Shown here one piece after another: positions 1-10,474 of a stretch of DNA of 33,570 bases. The first letter of the stretch is position 1, and each line of letters opens with the position of its first letter. Source of the stretch: Octopus bimaculoides. Lineage: Eukaryota. The notes below the pieces were generated by a model. It had not been told where the DNA came from and did no database searches. It was given only the letters and a program-made list of their open reading frames with translations. The position numbers and the translations under genes were made by a program. Location of the stretch: positions 103,159,591 through 103,193,160 of the forward strand of contig NC_068984.1 in assembly GCF_001194135.2 (NCBI RefSeq), given 5' to 3'.

Positions 1-53
<53 letters not shown>

Positions 54-160
54 CACATATATATACATGTATATATACACACACACACACATATAAGTAC
101 ATATATATGTGTGTATGTATATATGGATTCATACAAATAGATAGATAGATAGATAGATAT
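1..160. repeat. (TA)n/(CA)n/(GATA)n microsatellites
   Basis: Directly visible simple repeats. Confidence 0.95.
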
Positions 161-521
161 TTTTATCATTATAAATATCTATACATATTCGCACAAGTAT
201 GCATGCGTTTAAATATAAAACTATTGTGCTGTTACAAACGAATGGTATGCATATATACGCATACATAAACCCCCACTTATATACCGATTCACAAATACAC
301 ATCCCTATACACGCCTGTGGCAATTCTTAACTCAACCTCATTCCTCTCACCTCACTCCCCTCACCTCATTCTTACAGCTATCATCCCCCACTCACGAAGG
401 ATATCATTTCTGCTTCAAATACTCTTCCGTTTATTCCTATCCTAATTTTATTCAGTTTATTGTCAATACATAACATGTTTTCAATGCCATCTTTAACCAG
501 CTAGAAATAGCAGCCAACAGT

Positions 522-524
<3 letters not shown>

Positions 525-580
<56 letters not shown>
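525..580. repeat. (CT)n microsatellite
   Basis: Directly visible. Confidence 0.97.
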
Positions 581-587
<7 letters not shown>

Positions 588-805
588 ACACACACGCGTG
601 CACATGCAAATCACATATTACCAGCCTACAAAGAAAAGGAAGCATAATTTAGATAATGCAGTCCAAAGTGTATCATGTTTGAAGAGAATACACTCTGAGA
701 ACGGGTATCTTTGGACATTGGTCTATTCGGTTAAATTTCATCTAGGACTAAGCAACCGTAACAATGAATAATATTTAACAAGCGAGAAATTAATGTGCCA
801 TATTA

Positions 806-972
806 GTTCTTTCTACTATAGTCACGAGACCAGAAATTTTGCGTGGCACGCACTTATTTTATCGACCCCGAAATGATAAAGGGCAAAGTCGACCTTAGTG
901 GAATTTCAACTCGCTACGTAAAGAGTCGGAAGAAATGCCGCAAAGCAATTTGTCCGACGCGCTAACGATAAC
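806..972 (-). mobile_element. tRNA-derived SINE family A, decayed copy
   Basis: Reverse complement matches the family core gtcgactttgccttt-atcatttcggggtcgataaaataag seen in the near-intact copy at 23180-23410. Confidence 0.85.
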
Positions 973-1044
973 AGCTAGTTGAGGAATAAGAGAAGTAATA
1001 ACACAAAAAGTATAACAAGTACATTGCGTTAGCATATATCAGCA

Positions 1045-1275
1045 TTGGCACATGTCGATATACATGGATGACTGGGTCGTAGAAAGAGGACAGGCGTAAG
1101 TCGACATGCATGCATGATATGGTTGCAGTTAAAGTATAGGTGTATGTCGATACACATGAATGATAGGATCAGAGTGATAGAGTATAGACACATATGTGAA
1201 TGACATGGTCAGACTGGAGCATAATCACATGTCGTTATATATAAATGATAGTGTCAGAATGGGATATAGGTACAT
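1045..1275 (+). repeat. Degenerate ~50-bp minisatellite
   Basis: Recurring atgtcgatatacatg(g/a)atga...gtcag...gtatagg units; the same motif reappears at 3008-3080. Confidence 0.55.
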
Positions 1276-1366
1276 ATTATTCATATATATATATATATAG
1301 ATAGATAGATAGATAGATAGATAGTTAGATATACATATACATAATACATATATATATATATATATA

Positions 1367-1677
1367 NNNNNNNNNNNNNNNNNNNNNNNNNNNNNNNNNN
1401 NNNNNNNNNNNNNNNNNNNNNNNNNNNNNNNNNNNNNNNNNNNNNNNNNNNNNNNNNNNNNNNNNNNNNNNNNNNNNNNNNNNNNNNNNNNNNNNNNNNN
1501 NNNNNNNNNNNNNNNNNNNNNNNNNNNNNNNNNNNNNNNNNNNNNNNNNNNNNNNNNNNNNNNNNNNNNNNNNNNNNNNNNNNNNNNNNNNNNNNNNNNN
1601 NNNNNNNNNNNNNNNNNNNNNNNNNNNNNNNNNNNNNNNNNNNNNNNNNNNNNNNNNNNNNNNNNNNNNNNNNNNNN
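1367..1677. other. Assembly gap (N-run); others at 2190-3007, 3859-3944, 7286-7475, 12939-12948, 17639-18047, 24738-25078
   Basis: Runs of N in the sequence. Confidence 1.
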
Positions 1678-1819
1678 AAACAGATGTATTAGTTTAATGC
1701 TAGGGAAGTGAAAAAGTCTTTAACGTTTCGAGCCTACGCTCTTCCGCAGACAGGAACACAGAAAGAAACAAGGAGAGAAAATAAAGAATGTGTAGTGGCT
1801 AGCGATCTATCGTGGCGAA
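1678..1819 (-). mobile_element. ~200-bp hammerhead-like-motif repeat (Penelope pLTR/retrozyme-like), copy A, truncated by gap
   Basis: Near-identical to 19748-19889; the minus strand reads CTGCGGAA-GAGC-GTAG-GCTC-GAAACGTT-AAAG. Confidence 0.75.
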
Positions 1820-1899
1820 TGCCGGACAGAGGGGTCACACAAGAGAGCTAGGAGAAAGGGGAGATAATAAAGTCGTGGTGGTCCCAAAACGAAGGTGCA

Positions 1900-2189
1900 C
1901 GTGCGTGTGTATAAGAGAGCATGAATGTGCGTGTGGAAGAGGGCTGGTGACCTTGACGTGTGCGTGTGTGTATGTGTAGGTGTTTGGTGTGGGGATGGGA
2001 AGTGGTCAGTGCTAGTGTGTGCGTGGTGGTGTAATGTGATGTGATGTGGTGTTGTGCGATATGGTGGTGTATGGTGTAGTGGTGTGTGGTATGGGGTTGT
2101 GTGATGGTGTTTGGATGTGGGAGGAGGCGAGAGTGGGGAAAGTATGGGTGGGGTAGAGGTGTGGTATGTGTGAGTGGGTGTAGGGGTGG
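1900..2189. repeat. G/T-rich low-complexity tract (gtg/ggt units)
   Basis: Directly visible; runs into a gap. Confidence 0.85.
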
Positions 2190-3075
2190 NNNNNNNNNNN
2201 NNNNNNNNNNNNNNNNNNNNNNNNNNNNNNNNNNNNNNNNNNNNNNNNNNNNNNNNNNNNNNNNNNNNNNNNNNNNNNNNNNNNNNNNNNNNNNNNNNNN
2301 NNNNNNNNNNNNNNNNNNNNNNNNNNNNNNNNNNNNNNNNNNNNNNNNNNNNNNNNNNNNNNNNNNNNNNNNNNNNNNNNNNNNNNNNNNNNNNNNNNNN
2401 NNNNNNNNNNNNNNNNNNNNNNNNNNNNNNNNNNNNNNNNNNNNNNNNNNNNNNNNNNNNNNNNNNNNNNNNNNNNNNNNNNNNNNNNNNNNNNNNNNNN
2501 NNNNNNNNNNNNNNNNNNNNNNNNNNNNNNNNNNNNNNNNNNNNNNNNNNNNNNNNNNNNNNNNNNNNNNNNNNNNNNNNNNNNNNNNNNNNNNNNNNNN
2601 NNNNNNNNNNNNNNNNNNNNNNNNNNNNNNNNNNNNNNNNNNNNNNNNNNNNNNNNNNNNNNNNNNNNNNNNNNNNNNNNNNNNNNNNNNNNNNNNNNNN
2701 NNNNNNNNNNNNNNNNNNNNNNNNNNNNNNNNNNNNNNNNNNNNNNNNNNNNNNNNNNNNNNNNNNNNNNNNNNNNNNNNNNNNNNNNNNNNNNNNNNNN
2801 NNNNNNNNNNNNNNNNNNNNNNNNNNNNNNNNNNNNNNNNNNNNNNNNNNNNNNNNNNNNNNNNNNNNNNNNNNNNNNNNNNNNNNNNNNNNNNNNNNNN
2901 NNNNNNNNNNNNNNNNNNNNNNNNNNNNNNNNNNNNNNNNNNNNNNNNNNNNNNNNNNNNNNNNNNNNNNNNNNNNNNNNNNNNNNNNNNNNNNNNNNNN
3001 NNNNNNNATACAGGTGGATATACATGAATGACAGAGTCAAAGAGTATAGGCATATACGATATATATGAATGATAG

Positions 3076-3078
<3 letters not shown>

Positions 3079-3134
<56 letters not shown>
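3079..3134. repeat. (AG)n microsatellite
   Basis: Directly visible. Confidence 0.97.
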
Positions 3135-3137
<3 letters not shown>

Positions 3138-3351
3138 CGGCAAGAAGTGTTTCTATGTGGATTGTACAGCTCCAAATGTACTTGGAGTAAACTAAGGACA
3201 CACGATGCAGTGAGAGGATATCCACAGCAGTATTTCTCAGCCGTTCATGTTCCCCTTCAAATTTCGATTTTTCAAAACTTTTACTTCCCTCCGTGAAGAG
3301 GCAAAGTGAGTGTACATATGCATAATTATACACTTACATTTAGATGTAGGC

Positions 3352-3515
3352 ATGACTGTGTGGTGAGAAGAGTTTGCTTTCTAACCACATGGCTTCTTGC
3401 TTAGTCCTACTATCAGACAACTAGGACAAGTGTCGTTCTAACTATAGCCCGGGGCCGGCAAAGACTCGTGAATGCATTCGGAAGACGGAGTCTTAAAGAA
3501 TCCCTTGTGTGTGGG
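3352..3515 (+). mobile_element. tRNA-derived SINE family C, decayed copy
   Basis: ctgtgtggtgagaagagtttgctttctaaccacatgg...caagtgtcgttctaactatagccccggg; an antisense homologue lies at 19935-20055 (cccggggctatagtagaagacact). Confidence 0.7.
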
Positions 3516-3550
3516 GGGAGGGGTGCGTACGTGTGTTTGTGTACGTATTT

Positions 3551-3858
3551 ATATATATACCTATATGTGTGTATGTATTTATATCTATACCTATTTTTTT
3601 CTCCATTTTTTTTCTCCTTGTTTTTCTCCTTGTCTCCGTATTCTTTCTGTTGAAGAGCGTAGCTCGAAACGTCAAAGACTTTCCGTATTCCCGAGCGTCA
3701 TACTAATATATACTTTTGTTATTTACACCACCTGTCCTCGTCTGTTGTTATTATTTGTATATTCTCCCATATATATATACCTATATGTGTGTATGTATTT
3801 ATATCTATACCTATTTTTTTCTCCATTTTTTTTCTCCTTGTTTTTCTCCTTGTCTCCG
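3551..3858 (+). mobile_element. Hammerhead-like-motif repeat, copy C, 220-bp head-to-tail tandem
   Basis: 3551-3638 is repeated identically at 3771-3858 (period 220). The monomer shares ttcccgagcg, tacaccacctgtc and the gaagagcgtag(g)ctcgaaacgt motif with the reverse complement of 19694-19889. Confidence 0.75.
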
Positions 3859-4128
3859 NNNNNNNNNNNNNNNNNNNNNNNNNNNNNNNNNNNNNNNNNN
3901 NNNNNNNNNNNNNNNNNNNNNNNNNNNNNNNNNNNNNNNNNNNNATATATATATATATAAAGCAAGCAGAGTTAGCGGTTATAGTAACCGACTAAGGGAT
4001 AAAAATATCTGTATTTACTATCGGTATCAATTACTTGTGCAATCCCTGGGCATGGTTATGCAGGCACACTATGCTCATAGGGTACAGGTAACAACAGAAT
4101 AAACAAAAGTTTATCAGGAATCAAATGT

Positions 4129-4355
4129 AAATAATCGGAAAATGGAGAAAACGTTTGATCAAAAAACAAACAAACTGGTCCACATCTGAGATTATTTTTT
4201 AATACAAAACATGACATAACATTTCTATGACATAGAAATGTTGTTTCATAAAAATGTTATGTCATGTTTTGTATTTTAAAAAAAAATCTACAGACGTAGT
4301 CCAATTTGTTTGTTTGTTGATTTGATCAAAAGTTTTCTCCATTTTCTGATTATTT
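4129..4355. mobile_element. Foldback/MITE-like inverted repeat (~105-bp arms)
   Basis: Left arm aaataatcggaaaatggagaaaacgtttgatcaa...acatgacataacatttctatga is complementary to right arm tcataaaaatgttatgtcatg...ttgatcaaaagttttctccattttctgattattt. Confidence 0.85.
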
Positions 4356-4360
4356 AAACT

Positions 4361-4394
<34 letters not shown>

Positions 4395-4409
4395 TATATA
4401 TCATATATA

Positions 4410-5190
4410 TACGAGGTGAATTTCAAAAGTTTTGAAACTTTTTTAGGAAAAGCAGTTATAATTGTAGTCGATTACTGTAATTTTAGTATATCATTACTAG
4501 TTATCTAATAAGCCGACCTGTCATCTCTAGCTATTCTTGATTGAAGGAGATTGCAGTCACACCATGCTTAACACTCTACGGAACATTGCTTGTCACAGCT
4601 GACAATTTTGCAGAATGCAACGGGGACTGAAGAAAATCTGGATGGTTTGTAGAAGGTTTGAGTTAAACTGTGCAAAAACGCTGGATTAACTTGTATGAGC
4701 CGAGCATTTGTTTTTCGCTAGCACAAGTGGCCAGGCTAAGAGAGTCTTCTGAGAATCTCATGATGTTCCTCTTTTTCGACGAGGGCATTATACACATTCA
4801 CTGGAATCCCAAAGAGTACTTTGTGGAGGTTTTAAGGGTGTTCAAAACGATATTTCTTCGCCAAAGGCCAGAGCACCTGCACCAGAACAATGCATCACTC
4901 CACAATTCCATTCTGGTAAACAACTACTTTGAGAGATGGGCATCAAAACTGTCACTCCCCCACCTTACAGTCCAGACCTTTTTCGCTGTGACTTTTTGTT
5001 GTTCCCCGAGCTGACGAAAAATATAAAGGAGGCTGGTACAAGGGTCTTTGAGGACATTTATGGAGTATTCGTCAAGTAGCTGGAGCTCTATAACGGCACT
5101 GAAGTCGGAGGGTCATGCTTTGAAAAAAGATTAGAGTTTTATACTTCTTTGAAACTAATAAATGTCTTAAAAGTTTCAAAACTAATGCAA
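4410..5190 (+). mobile_element. Decayed Tc1/mariner (mariner-type) transposon with internally deleted transposase
   Basis: TA-CGAGG start after a (TA)n run; partial right TIR agtttcaaaact. Translation gives FFDEGIIH..EYFVEVLR..RPEHLHQNNASLH.S.LV..Y and, after a frameshift, PPYSPDL..CDFLLFPEL..IKG, matching mariner HDNA and YSPDL motifs. Confidence 0.9.
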
Positions 5191-5946
5191 AACGTTATAA
5201 GGCTTCCAAGTATATTATTATACCAAGTAAACTGTTAATGGATTGGTAAAATGTTAACAGCTCGTATCCCATTAAGAAAATTGTAGCATCCTACCAGCAA
5301 ATCACTTAAATACAGCATAAATGAAGAACGTTGAGTACGTCTATTCCGAGAAAACAACATAGCTCCTATTTCTCCTAGTGGGATATAATTTTATCTCCAA
5401 GCATCCACGTATGCCTAGATAAAATATCGCGAAACTAATCCAGTATGTTCCCTCTAGATACCTAACCAACTAAATATTCCCCAGAACTGGGTATATATTC
5501 ATGTTAACTCTGGAATACAATATAAAATATTCCGGATTTTATATTTATTTTTGAAAGTCTTATATTCTTAAATATTTTATTTTCACACTAAAGACACAGA
5601 AACAAAAGTAAATTTTTAATTTATCTTTCACATAAAACTTGAAAAAGTCGACAGAGAACTTTGATTTTTATTTCTTCAACATTTTATCATAACAAAAACA
5701 AAAAAAAAACGCCTTATCTTTCTTAAGCCTCTCTTGATAAGAAGCATAGCTATGGAAATAGAATCAGATGTCTGCTGTAGAATTTCAAAGAATAAAAAAT
5801 CTGATTATGTCCCTATAATTTTACGTGCAGAGCACAAAAGATAAATTGAAGAAAAAAAAGGGGGTTCCATAAATGGTAAGCTATAAAAATACTGACGAAT
5901 GTTTGTTTTTAATTATTGTCGTCTATCATTTTATTTAATGAATTAG

Positions 5947-6190
5947 AAGAGGTGGTTTATTGGTTAGGACATTACACTCGTGATCGAAAGATTGTGGCTT
6001 CGATTCCTGGACCGGGTGATTCTTTGTTTTTGTGAAAAACACTTCATTCCACGTTGGTTCAAGTGCACTTGGCTTGCAAAAATGAGTGCTCCTACGATGG
6101 ACTGGCATCTTGCCCAGGCAGGGAGTGAATATAAACACCACAGAATCCAGAAAACCGACTTTATGATGCTATGGCTCGGGAGGGACCCTT
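5947..6190 (+). mobile_element. tRNA-derived SINE family B
   Basis: A-box-like tggttagg, B-box-like ttcgattcc, body aaaacacttcattccacg...gcaaaaatgag...caccacagaatcc shared with three other copies. Confidence 0.8.
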
Positions 6191-6315
6191 TATTTCATTC
6201 TTTCTAATGCTGGTTGGATATCCTCCATATTTGCACATAAATAGAAGCTATAAAAATACTGACGTGTATTTGTTTTTAATAGATTATCGTCTATCATTCT
6301 ATCTAATAAATTAGA

Positions 6316-6585
6316 AGAGGTGGCTTAGTGGTCAGAGTATTGTGGTTTCGTTTCCTCAACCGTGCGATGCTTTATGTTCTTAAACAAAACATTTCATTTC
6401 ACGTTGTTTGAGTCCACTCAGCTAGCAAAAATGGGTTCACCTGCGACGGAGAAGCGTCCTGTCCAAGGAACAACGTTGAATGAAGTTGAATAAATGAAGT
6501 GGCATGAAGTTGAACAACGTGGAACAAAATGTTTTGCACAAATACTAATATACACCACAGAGTCCGGGAAACCGACCTTTTCTTT
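6316..6585 (+). mobile_element. tRNA-derived SINE family B (duplicate)
   Basis: Homologous to 5947-6190. Confidence 0.78.
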
Positions 6586-6795
6586 TTATCGTACCTAATT
6601 TTGGTTGGATATCCTCCATATTTGCAGATATCAAGTGCTACTCTATTGCGAGTCCTCTCGTACCTAGTAACTTGTCATCCTTGAAAACAAATAATATCAG
6701 TGTGATTTTGAAGTCATCTTCATGACAACCCAATTATTTCCCCACCTTTATCTATACTTTTATTTGATATATTTGATGCATTCCATTGTCAATAG

Positions 6796-6866
6796 TTTCT
6801 TTTCAACCGGAAGAGAAATACGTACTTGTTAATCTAAAGTATTTGACTGCGTTTGAGGAAAAACAG
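6796..6866 (+). CDS. Candidate internal exon, unidentified protein (xSFQPEEKYVLVNLKYLTAFEEKQ), phase 1 to 0
   Basis: caatag acceptor, CAG|gtaatt donor, only one frame open, hand-counted GC1 ~52% versus GC3 ~35%. No homology recognised. Confidence 0.3.
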
Positions 6867-7235
6867 GTAATTATCAAGAGTTTTATAATGGTTCGGTAAC
6901 ATAAGAGTGTATATAACTACTATTCCCTGTAGCACAAGCCAAAACGTTGGGTGCAAATGTGACAGTCGATGGAATAAACACTATTTATGACTGGTATCTT
7001 AATCTATGAACACCATAAGAATGAACGACAAAGTCATTAAATTATCCGACGCCCTACAGATTAGTTCAATCCACCACCCTATATATATAGCGTAATATTA
7101 AGATTACTCAGTAGCTAAAATAACGCATGCGCACATATACACTTACATTCAGATGGACATACTCGCACCCTTACAGATGCATTAGTACACAAAAGTAAAC
7201 ATTATATTGGACAGCCATATATTGATAGATTATTT

Positions 7236-7250
7236 ATGTATGTATGTATG

Positions 7251-7285
<35 letters not shown>

Positions 7286-7475
7286 NNNNNNNNNNNNNNN
7301 NNNNNNNNNNNNNNNNNNNNNNNNNNNNNNNNNNNNNNNNNNNNNNNNNNNNNNNNNNNNNNNNNNNNNNNNNNNNNNNNNNNNNNNNNNNNNNNNNNNN
7401 NNNNNNNNNNNNNNNNNNNNNNNNNNNNNNNNNNNNNNNNNNNNNNNNNNNNNNNNNNNNNNNNNNNNNNNNNNN

Positions 7476-7523
<48 letters not shown>

Positions 7524-7550
7524 TGTACAGAGAGAGAGAGAGAGTGAGAG
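7236..7550. repeat. (TATG)/(TA)n, gap, (GT)n/(AG)n microsatellites
   Basis: Directly visible. Confidence 0.95.
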
Positions 7551-7827
7551 ATGCACAAAAAAACCTTCTATTTACACTGTTGGTAGCACAAAGCGAAATG
7601 TGTGAATATTAAAAAAGATCACCATTCGTTCTCTCTGTTAATTCTAACACAGAAGCAAACCTCTGAAGTAAAACATTCAATTTGCTGAAAATACATCAAG
7701 GAAAAAAGGAAACGTGAAAAACCTTTTATAACCTTTTGCGGTTGGTAATGTAATAGCATCGGGTATTCTGAGAGCTAGAATTTCACAAGAACAAGTGAGG
7801 AGAACGGGTTGACTTTATTACTATTGC

Positions 7828-7829
7828 TT

Positions 7830-7863
<34 letters not shown>

Positions 7864-7900
7864 CATCGTCGTCGTCGTCGTTTATTATTATTATTGTTAC

Positions 7901-7967
<67 letters not shown>
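7828..7967. repeat. Compound trinucleotide array (GTT)/(GTC)/(ATT)n; (AAT)n tail of the adjacent RLE element
   Basis: Directly visible; abuts the 3' end of the minus-strand element. Confidence 0.9.
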
Positions 7968-7968
<1 letters not shown>

Positions 7969-7969
7969 G

Positions 7970-8880
7970 TTTGACTTTTGCTTTGTATTTGTACAAATTG
8001 ACTCCAAGTCACACCCAGAGACCTCAAGAGACAACAAGTTAGAAGTTCAAGTTGGTGTTATGACTAGGTTGCCATATATTTGCCATATATTGTTCTATAG
8101 AATCCTTAAGAAAGCAAGAAAATTATAAGTTTGTTTTAAAATTTGGGATTACATAGACAGTATTTTACGTAGGATATGGGTAGTTCCAATGAGCACTATT
8201 TTTTTAAATTTCTGCCATTTTTGGATTTCCTGGTATCTGAGTCAGGTAACAATCAGCCCCTTTTGCTATCATTCCTATTGCACCTATAACAATATTGCTT
8301 TAGTCTTGAGGTTCCACATTTTGCCAATTTTTATTTCAAGATCTCTATACTTGCTCAGGTTTTGGTAGGTCTTGATAGATACATTTATATAGATTGGGAC
8401 AGTCATATAGATGAGGAGGCATGATTTTTGTCTGAAGTATTTGAATATAATGTCTGGCGTATTCGCATCTATCTTTCTATCAGTTTAAACGGTGAAGTTC
8501 CGGAGGAGTGAAATGTAATCATATTCATGCACTGGATGTGGTTTGTGTTCCCACCAGTTTATATCATGAGGCTGGTCCACGTTTTTGCAAATTACCTAGT
8601 GAATATAATGTGCTGTTCTATCATGCCTGTTGAAACTGCACAGGAAGACAACATGATCGTTGGTTTCATTTCATTGTTTACATACACGACATGCTGGGCT
8701 ACTGTTGTTCTTTAATATGTTAGTCTGATAGCTCCTTATAGGTAAGCATTGCTCTCTCTGATTTTAAGCCATTGATAAGGTAACTCTAACCATTGATGAG
8801 GTAAGGGCTTTGTCAACATCGGCATTATTAGCTCTCTTTGGGTATTTGCCTCGCTGAGTGAGAACTCCTATGTCAGCAAA
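7970..8880 (-). mobile_element. R4/Dong-type (RLE) non-LTR retrotransposon 3' fragment, decayed
   Basis: Minus translation SPACRVCKQ..ETNDHVV..C (CCHC knuckle), RHDR.AHYIH, WWEHKP, TDRKIDANTPDII, SKYRDLE..I.KMWNLKT, VIGAIG, IGTTHILRK, then a 3' UTR and (AAT)n tail. Confidence 0.9.
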
Positions 8881-8899
8881 CGGAGCACAAATGACACAA

Positions 8900-9300
8900 T
8901 GTTTTGCGTTTAATAAGTGATGATGGGACAAAACGGAAAAGCATGTTTAGTGCGGTACAAACCAGCTTTTAGTCAAATCCCATAGTAATAGGGCGAAGGA
9001 ATACGAAAATCACAGTAAAATACATCAGCAACAACATTGAACCGCTAGCTTGCGCTTACCTTCGAACACAATGAGGGCAGATCAAATAGTTAGTGTTGAC
9101 GTCACTTATCGCAATATGTAGTCGGGTGAGGGGTTCTCTGATGAGCACCCCATGACCTACAAAATGACTCCGGTGTTGTACGACTACAGTGAGTAAATTA
9201 AAACAGTTCACGGTTGGTCTTGCAGAACAGGGCCCTCAGCTTATCGACGTATGGCTGTAAACATTTAAAGCGTATTCTGTCCAGGAGAGCAGTAAAAACT
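8900..9300. repeat. Probable unclassified interspersed repeat
   Basis: Higher-GC patch with no open frame; resembles dispersed repeats from memory only, and no second copy is present in the window. Confidence 0.25.
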
Positions 9301-9949
9301 AAAATAAAATCATGTTTAGCAGACTGTAATTAACAACACCACCCCATCATCTCCTTATCTTGTTGTGACAAAGGAGAAAAGATTGACAGTAAGCATGAGT
9401 GACAGACTATGGGAGACTGCGGGAAGAGCAAGTAAAGGTAAAAATAAATTCAAATGAATTAAAAGCAAAGAAGGAGATTGTAATGTCCTGATTGAGGAAA
9501 TGGAGTCGGATTTGTGAAGCACCCAAATCGTAGACTACTCGTCAAAAACATAACACAAACAGTATGTGAACTACTCATAAACATAAGACATTTCTTGTCC
9601 AGTCCGTCAATAATTATGTTCCCAACTACCTTCATATATGAAAGTTTTGAATGTTGTGAAATGCTTCACGAGATGCTCTGGCTCAAACTTAGTTGCTTGG
9701 TTCCCATCCAGGTGTAGGTGAGTTACCTATCTGTATTTCATGCTTTAAAGAATAATATCTTGTTTTAATTATTATGCTTTATATAATTTTCTAATTTGTC
9801 TTCAAACTTTGCTGGGTATGATGGACTTAGCCCAGACTAAATTTTAATATGTTTATTGTATACAATGTTCATTCTTCTTTTTATAATTCTTTTTCTTCTC
9901 CAACTCCCCATATTTTTTAGTCACATATTTTAACATCTTAGTACGTATG

Positions 9950-10142
9950 CGTATGTGTGTATGTATGAAATAGTGCATGAATGTGTGTATGAATGAAAGT
10001 ATGTATGTATGTATGTATGTATGTATGTATGTATGTATGCATGTATGTATGAATGAATGTATGTATGTGTGTATGTATGAATGTATAAATGTATGTATGT
10101 ATTTATATATGTATCTGTGTATGTATGTATGTATGTATGTAT
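9950..10142. repeat. (TATG)n microsatellite
   Basis: Directly visible. Confidence 0.95.
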
Positions 10143-10144
10143 AC

Positions 10145-10350
10145 TGGTGTGCAGGCGTGTTAGACTCACGATTGAAAGATTCTCGTTTCCATTCTTGGAC
10201 ACTTTATTTCACGTTACTCTAGTCCACTAGGCCGGCAAAAATGAGTACTCTTCCAACGGAACGGTGTCCCATCCAGGGGTGAGTGAAATATACACACCAC
10301 AGAATCCTGGAAACCGGACTTATGAGCCTGTGGGTTGAGAAGTACCTTTG
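10145..10350 (+). mobile_element. SINE family B, decayed
   Basis: tttcacgttactctagtccact...ggcaaaaatgagt...caccacagaatcctggaaaccggacttatg matches 5947-6190. Confidence 0.78.
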
Positions 10351-10367
10351 ATTCTCCTTTTTTAGCT

Positions 10368-10450
10368 AGGTAGGCAGATAGGTAGGTAGGTAGGTAGGTA
10401 GGTAGGTAGGTAGGTAGGTAGGTAGGTAGGTAGGTAGGTAGGTAGGTAGG
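10368..10450. repeat. (TAGG)n microsatellite
   Basis: Directly visible. Confidence 0.97.
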
Positions 10451-10474
10451 TGTGCGGTCTTGTGTAATAAAGCT

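Larger units (their letters stand above)
5870..6635 (+). repeat. Diverged tandem duplication (~370-390-bp unit) containing a SINE B copy and its flanks
   Basis: aagctataaaaatactgacg...aattagaagaggtgg begins both units (~5878 and ~6246); ggttggatatcctccatatttgca ends both (~6212 and ~6603). Confidence 0.85.

Noticed and set aside
1900-2189. G-rich tract as telomeric or G-quadruplex element
   Set aside because: There are no TTAGGG units; it is irregular GT-type low complexity truncated by a gap.
1848-3143. Long ORFs containing X runs (also 7202-7612, 17535-18260, 24270-25177)
   Set aside because: They are open only because N-gaps and dinucleotide repeats contain no stops.
6931-6991. Exon-like segment AQAKTLGANVTVDGINTIYDW
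   Set aside because: It is phase-incompatible with the neighbouring 6796-6866 candidate and has a weak donor (gtatct); indistinguishable from chance.
7775-8042. Homopolymeric ORFs (poly-I/L/N/Y/T/V; also 12663-13086, 14995-15219, 21886-22221, 26303-26611, 32721-32985)
   Set aside because: They are translations of trinucleotide or dinucleotide microsatellites, with no flanking domain.
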